From: an uncultured Chromatiales bacterium | Lineage (GTDB): Bacteria > Bacteroidota > Ignavibacteria > SZUA-365 | DNA length: 64,000 nucleotides | Direction: 5' to 3' | NCBI GenBank assembly: GCA_964635845.1 | Contig: CAZWNO010000009.1 | Span: forward strand, 1,622-65,621 | Shown: positions 10,481 to 18,950 of the stretch, piece after piece | Layout: every line of letters begins with the position of its first letter | Numbering within the stretch: position 1 is the first letter of the stretch | Notes under the pieces: generated by a model | The model's database searches: none | What the model saw: only the letters and a program-made list of their open reading frames with translations | Told to the model about the DNA's origin: nothing | Position numbers and translations under genes: made by a program

Positions 10481-11461
10481 TTACCGTGACCGGCTGCGGC
10501 TCCCGGAACCCGACGAGCTGGAGGAACCGGAACTTCTGCTCGAGCCGCCGCTGCTCCCTGAACTGCTGCGCGAACCGGAGCTGCCGCTGCTGCTGCGCGA
10601 CGGCGGCGAGTAGCTCGGACTCGAGGACCCGGAGCTGCTGCGGTTGCGTGAAGGCGGCGAATAGCTGCGCTCCGAAGATCCGGATCCGCTGCGTGAACGT
10701 GTGCTCTCTATTGATCTGCTGCTGCCGGAGCTGGAAGAACGCGGCGTGCTGCTTTCGATGCTTCGGGAACGTGTCGATGCATTCTCGTAGGACCGCGAGC
10801 GGCTGTTGTATGATTCGCGAGTCCTCGTGTTCAGACGATCGTATGAGGTTCCGGTCGAGGTCCGCGAACGCGTCGACGACGAGCGGATGGCACCGCCATC
10901 GTTCGTCGATCGGCTGACGCCGCTGCTGCGTGTCACCGAGCGTGTGGCGCCTGACGTGCGGGTCCTTGTATCTAACGTGCGCGTGTTGCCTCCGGTGCGT
11001 ATGCGGGTACCGTCGCTGCGGACGGTGTAGCGGGAGCCTCCGTAGTAATACGGACTGTCCCAGTATCCCGAGTGGCCGTAATGATGGTTGTAATACGAAC
11101 CGCCCCAGTACCAGGAAGGACCGTACCAGAAAGGATTCCAGTAGTGGTTATAGTAACCCCAGTACGGGGGTGCGTAATAGTCGTAATACCATGGATCGTA
11201 ATAGGCGGACCAGACCGAACCGAAGCGCACGGGGTAATAGAAATCGAAATAGGTTCCGGGACGGCCGTAGCCGTCGTAGTAGTAATTGTTGGTGATGTTA
11301 TTGCCGCTGCTGTCCACGTACGACTCGGAATAATCGGCGTAATCGTAGTCCTCGTAACGGGGATAGTCATCGCGCACGGTGAGCTGAGTGTAACAGCCCG
11401 AAGAACCGAGCAGGACGACCGCCGACACCAGGGCAAGCAGAATGATGGAATTTCGTTTCAT
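10481..11461 (-). CDS. Low-complexity lipoprotein: Tyr/Trp-rich block plus Ser/Arg/Thr-rich tail
   Basis: ORF runs to 11500. Probable start MKRNSIILLALVSAVVLLGSSGC (signal peptide plus a Cys consistent with a lipobox). It is followed by ~150 aa extremely Y/W/P/G/D-rich, then ~180 aa of S/R/T low complexity with repeated SYSPPSR-like units. The antisense Cys-rich ORF 10399..10917 is an artefact of the same repeats. Confidence 0.55.
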   Translation of the reverse strand: MKRNSIILLALVSAVVLLGSSGCYTQLTVRDDYPRYEDYDYADYSESYVDSSGNNITNNYYYDGYGRPGTYFDFYYPVRFGSVWSAYYDPWYYDYYAPPYWGYYNHYWNPFWYGPSWYWGGSYYNHHYGHSGYWDSPYYYGGSRYTVRSDGTRIRTGGNTRTLDTRTRTSGATRSVTRSSGVSRSTNDGGAIRSSSTRSRTSTGTSYDRLNTRTRESYNSRSRSYENASTRSRSIESSTPRSSSSGSSRSIESTRSRSGSGSSERSYSPPSRNRSSSGSSSPSYSPPSRSSSGSSGSRSSSGSSGGSSRSSGSSSSSGSGSRSRSR

Positions 11462-11701
11462 GACACACCTCATCGGGTTCTCGTTGTAGCCATATATCAT
11501 ACAACAATTTTCATGCCGTAAAAGAGCCTTTCCACGAGCGCTTCAATTACGAATGTTTCGAGGAATTTCAATTTATGTGCTGCATCTTCCAGAAGAAAGT
11601 CTGCTTCCGGTGACCTCATTTGTGGACACCCTGTGATTAAAAAATCAGACTCCCGGGTTGGGGATCACAGGTCTTTCGAATTGCACTGGAAGACGGGGAC
11701 A

Positions 11702-12478
11702 TCACAGGTATCGCACGTACTGAATCCGAACAGCGCGGATAACCTTATCGTAGGCGAAATCCGAAGCGATGAGATTTTTAAAAAGAATGTCCGCGTTGAA
11801 GCCGATGTTGGTCGATACACGGAAACCGGTGCCCAGCGAACCGTTCCAGAAACCCTTGTTGTCACGATCGTTGTCGAAGGCGAAATTGTATTCGACCAGC
11901 CAGGAAACGATGGGACCGATGGATTTTTCCGCGCCGAGGTAAATGTTCGGATCGAAATCGTCGTCGTTGCGCTCAAGCGTGTAATTCGCGCTTCCGTGGA
12001 AACTGATTGTACCGTGGAAATCGTAATTCTTGCTCGCTGCGATGAAAAATCCGGGACTTTTCATGACATACTGCCGAAGAAACGGAATCCAGCCATCGTG
12101 TCCCTGCGAATCGAAGCCCACGATGATGGCGGGACTGTGCACGTTTTCTTCAAGCACGCGGTAACGCACGGCAATGCCCGGCAGGTTGTTCCAGGTGATT
12201 CCTCCGCTGCCGATCAAGCGGGTGCCACCGAAGGAAACTCCGACATTCAGGTTGGTCATCAGTCCGTACGTCACACCGGCAAGCACGCCGCCATCCGGAT
12301 ACAGGTAGGTCTCGATCGCGCCGGCGGTCGCGGGAATGATACCCGCGACAGGCATGTCGACGAGAAATTGCGGATCGATATTCGCCTTGTCGCCCGCCGA
12401 TCGCTGGCCATGGGCGTGGACGGCGAGCAGGAGCAGCAATGCTGTCAGTATTGTGCGCGCGTGAGAAAAAAGGTTCAT
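11702..12478 (-). CDS. Hypothetical outer-membrane beta-barrel protein
   Basis: Signal peptide MNLFSHARTILTALLLLLAVHAHGQ. Amphipathic beta-strand pattern. 258 aa. Confidence 0.5.
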   Translation of the reverse strand: MNLFSHARTILTALLLLLAVHAHGQRSAGDKANIDPQFLVDMPVAGIIPATAGAIETYLYPDGGVLAGVTYGLMTNLNVGVSFGGTRLIGSGGITWNNLPGIAVRYRVLEENVHSPAIIVGFDSQGHDGWIPFLRQYVMKSPGFFIAASKNYDFHGTISFHGSANYTLERNDDDFDPNIYLGAEKSIGPIVSWLVEYNFAFDNDRDNKGFWNGSLGTGFRVSTNIGFNADILFKNLIASDFAYDKVIRAVRIQYVRYL

Positions 12479-12487
12479 GAGATCTGT

Positions 12488-13519
12488 TTACCGTGTTCCG
12501 GCGATGAACGCCTCAGCCTCGAGCACGTCTTCCTTGCTGCCGAGGATCACCGGGACGCGCTGATGAATGTCATGAGGCTCGATGTCGAGCAGGCGCCGCT
12601 TGCCGTCGCTCGCGCGCCCCCCCGCCTGCTCGATGATGTACGCCATTGGATTGGCTTCGTACATCAGACGCAGTTTGCCGTTGGGATTTTCCCTGTCGGC
12701 CGGATAGGCGAAAATGCCGCCATACAGCAGCGTGCGGTGAACGTCCGCGATCATCGAGCCGACATACCTGGATTTGTACGGACGCCCGCTTTCCTTGTCC
12801 TGCGTCTGCAGGTACTCGATATACCGGCGGAAACCGTCATCCCAGAGCATGCGATTTCCTTCGTTTGTGCTGTAATAGCGGCCGCGCTTTGGTATCGTCA
12901 TGTCCGGGTGCGAAAGCAGGAAGGATCCGATAGTGGGATCGAGCGTGAAGCCCTGCACGCCCTCGCCGGTGGTGAACACCATGATCGTGCTTGATCCGTA
13001 CATGATGTAGCCCGCGGCAATCTGCTTGCGCCCCGTCTGCACGATGTCGGCTTCCGTGCCGGGGCCGCTCTCGGAGACACGGTGAAAAATGGAAAAGATC
13101 GTACCGATGGTGACGTTCACGTCGATATTCGACGAGCCATCGAGGGGATCGAAGAGCATGGCGTAATGGCCGCAGGGAAACTCGTCGGGAATCGGTATGA
13201 TGGACTCGTTTTCTTCCGATGCCATCACACAGAGCTGTCCGCCGCTCTCCATGGAATTGATGATCATCTGGTTCGCGAAGAGGTCCAGTTTTTTGACATC
13301 CTCTCCATGAACGTTTGTCAGCGCGGCGCGTCCGAGAATATTTACCAATCCCGCGCGGCGCACTTCGCGTGACACGATCTTCGCTGCGAGTGCAAGGTTG
13401 CGCAGAAGAGTGGAAAACTCTCCCGTGGCGTCGGGATGGATGCGCTCCATCTGCGCGATGTAGCGCTGTATGGTCATGATCCTGGTTTCATCGCCAGGGA
13501 CGTACGGACGGTCGGGCAT
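12488..13519 (-). CDS. fbp: Fructose-1,6-bisphosphatase class 1
   Basis: 343 aa. Whole-length similarity pattern of FBPase I (…DPLDGSSNIDVNVTIGTIFSI…, …GKLRLMYEANPMAYIIEQAGG…). Confidence 0.9.
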   Translation of the reverse strand: MPDRPYVPGDETRIMTIQRYIAQMERIHPDATGEFSTLLRNLALAAKIVSREVRRAGLVNILGRAALTNVHGEDVKKLDLFANQMIINSMESGGQLCVMASEENESIIPIPDEFPCGHYAMLFDPLDGSSNIDVNVTIGTIFSIFHRVSESGPGTEADIVQTGRKQIAAGYIMYGSSTIMVFTTGEGVQGFTLDPTIGSFLLSHPDMTIPKRGRYYSTNEGNRMLWDDGFRRYIEYLQTQDKESGRPYKSRYVGSMIADVHRTLLYGGIFAYPADRENPNGKLRLMYEANPMAYIIEQAGGRASDGKRRLLDIEPHDIHQRVPVILGSKEDVLEAEAFIAGTR

Positions 13520-13546
13520 GCGGGGTTCGTGAAGTGGAACAGCTGG

Positions 13547-13996
13547 TCACAAAAGTTGAGGATCGCGCCGGATGCTGAGATAGACCTCCATTCCGTGCTC
13601 GCCGTGGCGGAATTCGACGGCGTCCATCATGGACCTGATGATCAGCACGCCACGACCCCCCTCCTTGAGCAGATTGTCTTCCGCAAGCGGATCGGGAAGG
13701 TCGTCGGGGTGAAAGCCGTCGCCTTCGTCGCGCACGATGAAGTCGATGCGATCGTCGTAGCAGATGCAGCTCAGATGCACATGCTTGTCGGCGTTCGATT
13801 TATTTCCGTGGATGATGCCATTGTTGACAACCTCCGTGACGGAAATCATGATGCGGTCGAGCACGGACTCATCCAGATGGAGTGCATCATCAATCTCGAG
13901 CACAAACTCCTCGACGAGTCGAATGTTCGATCGCACGCTTGGAATGCTGATGGTCTTTTTCAGTAGTGCGTCGCTCAGTGTACGAATCTCCTGCAT
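13547..13996 (-). CDS. HATPase_c anti-sigma regulatory factor-like Ser/Thr kinase (RsbW/SpoIIAB family)
   Basis: 149 aa. N-box/G-box residues (EVVNNGIIHGN, DEGDGF, GGRGVLIIRSMMD). No adjacent STAS anti-anti-sigma gene. Confidence 0.65.
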   Translation of the reverse strand: MQEIRTLSDALLKKTISIPSVRSNIRLVEEFVLEIDDALHLDESVLDRIMISVTEVVNNGIIHGNKSNADKHVHLSCICYDDRIDFIVRDEGDGFHPDDLPDPLAEDNLLKEGGRGVLIIRSMMDAVEFRHGEHGMEVYLSIRRDPQLL

Positions 13997-14036
13997 TCAT
14001 ACGGTGGATTCGGGTAAGTAAAGTAGGAAATCCCGC

Positions 14037-15977
14037 TCATAGATTCCAGAAGACACGCAAGGAGACATTCGGGGTCACACGCGAGGCGCGATCGTTTTCC
14101 GAGGTGAACTGGTACCATCCTTCGGCAAGTATTTCGGTCGAAGCAGAGAGACGCAGGCGCATCCCTGCCGTGGGACCGTAACTCCGCAAGGTGCCGGCGG
14201 CTTGCCGGTCGAGTCCGGTATATGCATACCGATGCTGTTCGAAAAAGCGAAAGCCGAGCGAGGCGCGCACGCGTTCGCCGAGATGAAGCAGGGTCAGCGC
14301 GAATGTTCGCTCGTCGAAATACTGCAATGGCCGCAACGTAAACGCCGACCAGCGAAGCTCCCCTCGCTCGTAAAAGCGAAGATGCAGCTGCATCTCCATC
14401 CAGACCGGACCGCCAAACTGAAGAAGCGTCGAATCGCTGAGGGTGAGCTGTCGCAGGGAAAAACTCCGCTGCGACGGACTCACGCTCTCGAAATCGTATA
14501 CCGTGTAGTTCGCGACTACTTCGGCTGCGTTGCGGCTGACGAAGGAAGGACCGAGACGCAATTCCGTCGCCGGTGAAAGACGGATGACCCGGTTCCACGT
14601 ATTGTTCGCGCTCCGCTCCGCGAAGATGAAGACGGTATGCCGGAGATTGACGTCCGCGCTGAGGGAGGACTGGAAAAGCGGACTGAAACGATGCGTCCAG
14701 CGAAGACCGGCGAGGACGAAGAGTTCATCACGATCATCGAAGTTGTCCTCGCTGGGAGTGTCGTATTGCATTTTCACCGTCGAACCGGACATCCACAACG
14801 TGTCATTCGGAGAAAGCGCGTGCGAAAGTACGAGTCCGAGCTGCATCTGCCGTATCGTATTATTCTTCTGCCGTTCGAGCGACTGCTGCCGCGAAAAGAC
14901 AACGGCATTTGCTCCTTCGAAGCTGCTGATCTCGTGAGTTTCATCCCTTTCGTTGAGTTCAACGCGCAGTTGTCCGGATGTTCCGCGGCCGGCATCATAT
15001 GCAAGCTGAATGTTGCCGTTGAGATAGAACTCGCCTATGTCGGCATCGAAGAACGGAAGATCGCTGTCGGGATTTCGCTGCGGGCGAACCCGGGCGATGT
15101 CGCGTTGCGTGAGATCGATGGTCGCGGCAAGGTGCAGCTGGGAAAGCGGCCGGTATTGCATGGTGTTGCTGAGCGTGACTATCCGTTCGTCTCGTGATTC
15201 GATCGGGAAGGCTGTTCCTCCCGATGCTGCCTGTGTCGAATCGTACGACAGATAGAATTCGCGCCTCACGGAACGAAACAGCATTTCCGTACGGTTCAGC
15301 CCGTCCTCAGCGAAGCGCGCCAGAAAATTCGCCGATCCGCGATGTTCCTGCTGAAATCGAGGATCGATGAACTCGGCCGAGGAGAACAGTTCCGCCTGGG
15401 CGGTCGTGCGGCCGATGATGAGATCCTGTATTCGCGCTGCGGCGGTGTACATGAATCCGTTATCCTCGATTCCCTGTTGGTTGTCGAAGCTCACTCCGGC
15501 CATGGGAGTGACCTGGAGTACCGGTATCGGGGTCCACCGGGCACCGACAAGCGCCTTGTTGGCTGACAGGTCGTTGAGGGCGAGTGCGCGGTTGTCGGAG
15601 AAAATGAACGAGGAAAAGGATGCCGTGGCCGCGATGCGTTCGGAAAGATCATGTTCCGCACCCAGGGAGAAGCTCTGTTCATCTTTGACCGTGCTCCGGT
15701 CGGTGCGGATGAGCGTGCGCTGAAACCGCTCATCCGCATTTACCCGCCACGGTCCGCGTCCTGATCGCCAGCTTCCTCCGAAATCCCACAGAAATGTGTT
15801 GACGTTACGTTCAAAACCGAGAGAGAGCACACCGGGCCCCCCTTTCGTGCGGCTGCTGTCGGCAGAGACCGCATCCGGAGGGACGATCTGCGCCTGCAAA
15901 CTACCGGTACAGACGCCGAGGCTCAGTATCAGCAGCGACAGCCTTGCAGGAAGTAATCGCGATGCGCTCCGTATCAA
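14037..15977 (-). CDS. Large hypothetical outer-membrane beta-barrel protein
   Basis: 646 aa. Signal peptide (LSLLILSLGVCTGSLQAQ). Long alternating-strand region. 4-bp ATGA start/stop overlap with the upstream FN3 lipoprotein gene. Confidence 0.5.
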   Translation of the reverse strand: MIRSASRLLPARLSLLILSLGVCTGSLQAQIVPPDAVSADSSRTKGGPGVLSLGFERNVNTFLWDFGGSWRSGRGPWRVNADERFQRTLIRTDRSTVKDEQSFSLGAEHDLSERIAATASFSSFIFSDNRALALNDLSANKALVGARWTPIPVLQVTPMAGVSFDNQQGIEDNGFMYTAAARIQDLIIGRTTAQAELFSSAEFIDPRFQQEHRGSANFLARFAEDGLNRTEMLFRSVRREFYLSYDSTQAASGGTAFPIESRDERIVTLSNTMQYRPLSQLHLAATIDLTQRDIARVRPQRNPDSDLPFFDADIGEFYLNGNIQLAYDAGRGTSGQLRVELNERDETHEISSFEGANAVVFSRQQSLERQKNNTIRQMQLGLVLSHALSPNDTLWMSGSTVKMQYDTPSEDNFDDRDELFVLAGLRWTHRFSPLFQSSLSADVNLRHTVFIFAERSANNTWNRVIRLSPATELRLGPSFVSRNAAEVVANYTVYDFESVSPSQRSFSLRQLTLSDSTLLQFGGPVWMEMQLHLRFYERGELRWSAFTLRPLQYFDERTFALTLLHLGERVRASLGFRFFEQHRYAYTGLDRQAAGTLRSYGPTAGMRLRLSASTEILAEGWYQFTSENDRASRVTPNVSLRVFWNL

Positions 15978-16981
15978 TTGCGTACCTGGAAGCGCCGGGC
16001 GTCTGAGACACCGTTGGGTTTGCCGTTCACCGCAGTCATGGACGAGACGCGCCAGTAATAGAGTTCTCCGGGTGTCAGCGGACTGCCGTCGTAGCGGAAG
16101 GAAAGTGTATCGGAATCATCGGGCAGCATGACACGGGACCAGATTTCCCCCGTGTTTTCAGAAAAGGATACCGACAGCAGATATGCCGCGGCTTCGGGTG
16201 CCCGCTGCCAGCGGAACAGCGGATAGGCTTCAGCGCTGCCATTCTCGGCAGGCGACAGAGGAACGGGAAGGGACGAGATGACATCCGAGACGACTCGTGA
16301 CAGATCGCTCTCCATGCCCCCGCGATCCACGGCCGTCACGGCGTAGAAGTACCTGCGCGCGGTCTGCGTGACGGTAAGATCGTCCAGAAACGCAGAGACT
16401 TGCTCCGCGAGGAGCAGGGAAGAATCGGCCGCTTCAAATGGAACATCGGACCTGTATATGCGATATCCTGCGATGTCGGCTTCATCCACCGCGCTCCACG
16501 CGAGGCGCATCATCCGCCGATCGCCGTCGTTGAATCCATTGACGCTGAATTCAGTGGGTGGATCGGGTGCGTAGCGGTTCATTGCGCGTGCCGATACGGT
16601 GTCGGAAGCAGCGCTTTCGTTACCGCTCTCGTCAAGCGCGGTAATGAAATAGGAATAGGTCGTGTCGTAGCTCCGCTGCTCGTCGATGAAATAGAACTGC
16701 GTTACCGTGTCGACACGCGTGAATCGCGCAGGATCAGATTCTTCCGCGCGATGGACGACGTATCCGCTCAGATCGAGTTCCTTGTTCCGTATCCAACTGA
16801 TGAAAATATACCCGTCGCGCGCGCTCTCGACGAGCAGACCGGCCGGCGGCAGAGGTGCGATGGAGTCGGGACCGGGATCCACGATCCGTTCGCGCTCACA
16901 GGCGGCTCCGAACACGAGCGTGAGCATGAACATGAGCACGATGACGCGGCGAGGCGGTATTTCACAGGGGAGGAATCGCAT
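15974..16981 (-). CDS. Fibronectin type III domain lipoprotein
   Basis: ORF track extends to 17188, but the plausible start is MRFLPCEIPPRRVIVLMFMLTLVFGAAC (lipobox LVFGAAC) at 16979-16981. Two FN3-like repeats follow (…YRIYRSD…, …YYWRVSS…). Confidence 0.6.
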   Translation of the reverse strand: MRFLPCEIPPRRVIVLMFMLTLVFGAACERERIVDPGPDSIAPLPPAGLLVESARDGYIFISWIRNKELDLSGYVVHRAEESDPARFTRVDTVTQFYFIDEQRSYDTTYSYFITALDESGNESAASDTVSARAMNRYAPDPPTEFSVNGFNDGDRRMMRLAWSAVDEADIAGYRIYRSDVPFEAADSSLLLAEQVSAFLDDLTVTQTARRYFYAVTAVDRGGMESDLSRVVSDVISSLPVPLSPAENGSAEAYPLFRWQRAPEAAAYLLSVSFSENTGEIWSRVMLPDDSDTLSFRYDGSPLTPGELYYWRVSSMTAVNGKPNGVSDARRFQVRN

Positions 16982-17021
16982 CCGGGCTGGAATCTTATAT
17001 GCAGATAACATACGTTTCCAA

Positions 17022-17121
17022 GCGGATTTCCGAAAGTGGGAAACACGGGTGCTCTTCTCGGCACGGTACCTCGCGGATATCCGAACGTGGGAAACACGGG
17101 CGCTCTTCTCGGCACAGCACC
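17022..17121. repeat. Near-perfect tandem direct repeat, 2 x ~49 bp (period 51 bp), intergenic
   Basis: Copy 1 is GCGGATTTCCGAAAGTGGGAAACACGGGTGCTCTTCTCGGCACGGTACC (17022-17070). Copy 2 is GCGGATATCCGAACGTGGGAAACACGGGCGCTCTTCTCGGCACAGCACC (17073-17121). There are 4 mismatches. Immediately followed by the palindrome CCCGCCACGGCGGG. Confidence 0.8.
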
Positions 17122-17148
17122 CCGCCACGGCGGGAGACGAGATGCCCG

Positions 17149-18657
17149 CTATCGCATCAGGATCAGTGCGGAGAGCGCGACGGCGCATGCGGTGGCGAGC
17201 AGATTCACCGCGTCATTGCGCAGCCAGGGGAGGCCTCGCAGACGTTCCGAGGGGACACCGCAATGCATCGATTTCTCGGTATCCCCGCCGCATCGCGGAC
17301 AGCGGAACTGCGCCTGCGCGGTGGCACCGAGGACGCTGTCGATAATGCTGCCGACTGCTCCCGAAAGAATGATCAGGACGAACTGCGAAAGGGAAAGTGC
17401 CACGAACGGCAGCGCGGTAAGAGTCACCACTGCGGCGCCGGCGACTCCGCCGAGCGTCCCGGGGAGCGAGATCCCACCCGATGTTCCAGCGGCGACGCGT
17501 TTTCCCGTGATGATGCTGCGCGGCTGACGCTTGGCGAGAACACCGATTTCCGTCCCCCAGGTATCAGCCGTGACCACCGCTACTGCAACGAGAGAAAGCA
17601 GATACAGACGATCGTCGCCGGTCGCATGCCATAGCAATGCGAGCGCACCGATGAGAGCACCGTTTGCCGTTACCTGACCGGCGTCACGATTGCCGCTCTT
17701 TTCAAACATGTTTTCGAAGGACACCTTCCGTGCCTTCCGCCATTTCGACAGCAGGCTTGAAAGCAGGAAGAACGTAAAAATCGGTATCGTCCAGGTCCAA
17801 CCGCCAATTCCGAAGATGAGTGTCGCGAGCAGGAACGTGGCTATCGCACCTGAGGGCTGCAGCATACGTGCGCTGTGCGCGGCGGCGGCGACAGCGAGAC
17901 CGAGTCCCGCACCGAGCGCGAAACGCAGCGCCGCCTCTTCCATGCCGGAGGCAAAGCAGACATGCAGCGCTGCGGCGGTCATAAGTGGAACGGAGAGGTT
18001 GTCGAGTCCGCGCGATGAAGCCGCTTCCCAGCCCGTCGCGAAAAGGGAAACGGCGAGGAGTGCGAGCAGTACTGCCGCGGGATCCCGCGCGATTGCATCG
18101 CCGAAAGCCAATCCGCCATCACCGTGCACAAGCAGTGTGACAAGCAATGCCACGAAGGACGCACCGAACATGGCTGCGGATCCCTGCACGCTCTTCGGAT
18201 CGGAAGTGACGAGATACAGGCGCGGTTCGCGGATGGTCTCTCCCACAATGCCCGCAGCCGCATCACCGATCGCCATGACCATGATGGCGGCCAGCACGAG
18301 ATCGGGATACCGCTCCCAGAACGGAATGGCCAGCAGCAGCAGCGCGAGAGGATAGTACACGGTGCCGAACGATTTCCGCGTCGTGCGATGCACAGCCTTG
18401 AGCCAGCCGCGGGCGTAGGCTGCCGCGTTGACTGCGACGAAAATTGCGGCGATGAGGATGACCGCGCCGGCGCGGGGGAAAAACGGAAGCGCGAAAAAAA
18501 TCACCACACCCGTGCCGATGTGCACGGTCTTGCGCGTCACCTCGTCAGGCCCGCCGAGCACACGGCGCGCAATTTCGCTCATGCCGAGCAGCATGAGGAT
18601 GCACGCGGAGAGAACTCCGAGTCGAAACCAATCTGTCGCAGTGATTTCCGTGTTCAC
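17149..18657 (-). CDS. Polytopic membrane protein: CTP-dependent polyprenol (dolichol/phytol) kinase-like N-domain fused to a DUF92 (TMEM19-like) C-domain with embedded CxxC...HC zinc-ribbon
   Basis: 502 aa. ~12 predicted TM helices. KSVQGSAAMFGASFV matches the CTP_transf_1 kinase motif. The C-half has the DUF92 pattern (…FFLLSSLLSKWRK…QVTANG…ADTWGTEIG…SGGISLPGTLGGVAGA…). FRCPRCGGDTEKSMHCG looks like a zinc ribbon. Confidence 0.6.
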   Translation of the reverse strand: MNTEITATDWFRLGVLSACILMLLGMSEIARRVLGGPDEVTRKTVHIGTGVVIFFALPFFPRAGAVILIAAIFVAVNAAAYARGWLKAVHRTTRKSFGTVYYPLALLLLAIPFWERYPDLVLAAIMVMAIGDAAAGIVGETIREPRLYLVTSDPKSVQGSAAMFGASFVALLVTLLVHGDGGLAFGDAIARDPAAVLLALLAVSLFATGWEAASSRGLDNLSVPLMTAAALHVCFASGMEEAALRFALGAGLGLAVAAAAHSARMLQPSGAIATFLLATLIFGIGGWTWTIPIFTFFLLSSLLSKWRKARKVSFENMFEKSGNRDAGQVTANGALIGALALLWHATGDDRLYLLSLVAVAVVTADTWGTEIGVLAKRQPRSIITGKRVAAGTSGGISLPGTLGGVAGAAVVTLTALPFVALSLSQFVLIILSGAVGSIIDSVLGATAQAQFRCPRCGGDTEKSMHCGVPSERLRGLPWLRNDAVNLLATACAVALSALILMR

Positions 18658-18950
18658 ACACCCGCGATGGGCGTTGCTATCTGATAGGATTTTGCCTTCT
18701 CGGCCTGCCGGTATTCCGCTACGATGTTCCCTCCTTCGGCTTCGATATGGATCGTGCCGTTGGCGACAATCGGCTGTTTGGGAACGTATCCAACGGCGGA
18801 GAGACGCTTGTCTTCGACCTTGCCGAATTTCACGAAGTCGATCTTCGTCTGACCGGCGAGTTCGCCCTGATCACTGTAGAATTCGACATACACCGTGGGA
18901 CCGATTCCCTCCGCATCGGCAACGACGGTCAGAATGGCAGCGGCGGTCAA
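18654..18950 (-). CDS. Small hypothetical protein (98 aa), translationally coupled on both sides
   Basis: Genome-typical GC3 codon usage. 4-bp ATGA overlaps with both the upstream and downstream genes. No motif recognised. Confidence 0.5.
   Translation of the reverse strand: MTAAAILTVVADAEGIGPTVYVEFYSDQGELAGQTKIDFVKFGKVEDKRLSAVGYVPKQPIVANGTIHIEAEGGNIVAEYRQAEKAKSYQIATPIAGV

Noticed and set aside
10399-10917. 172-aa Cys-rich plus-strand ORF (also 10428..10613 and 10806..11030)
   Set aside because: It is the mirror reading of the repetitive SR-rich tail of the lipoprotein gene. Cys codons arise from complementing GCN/AGC repeats.
11631-11672. CCTGTGAT-N26-ATCACAGG inverted repeat
   Set aside because: The large loop and lack of a clean T-tract make a terminator call weak. 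It could be a protein-binding palindrome, but there is no supporting evidence.
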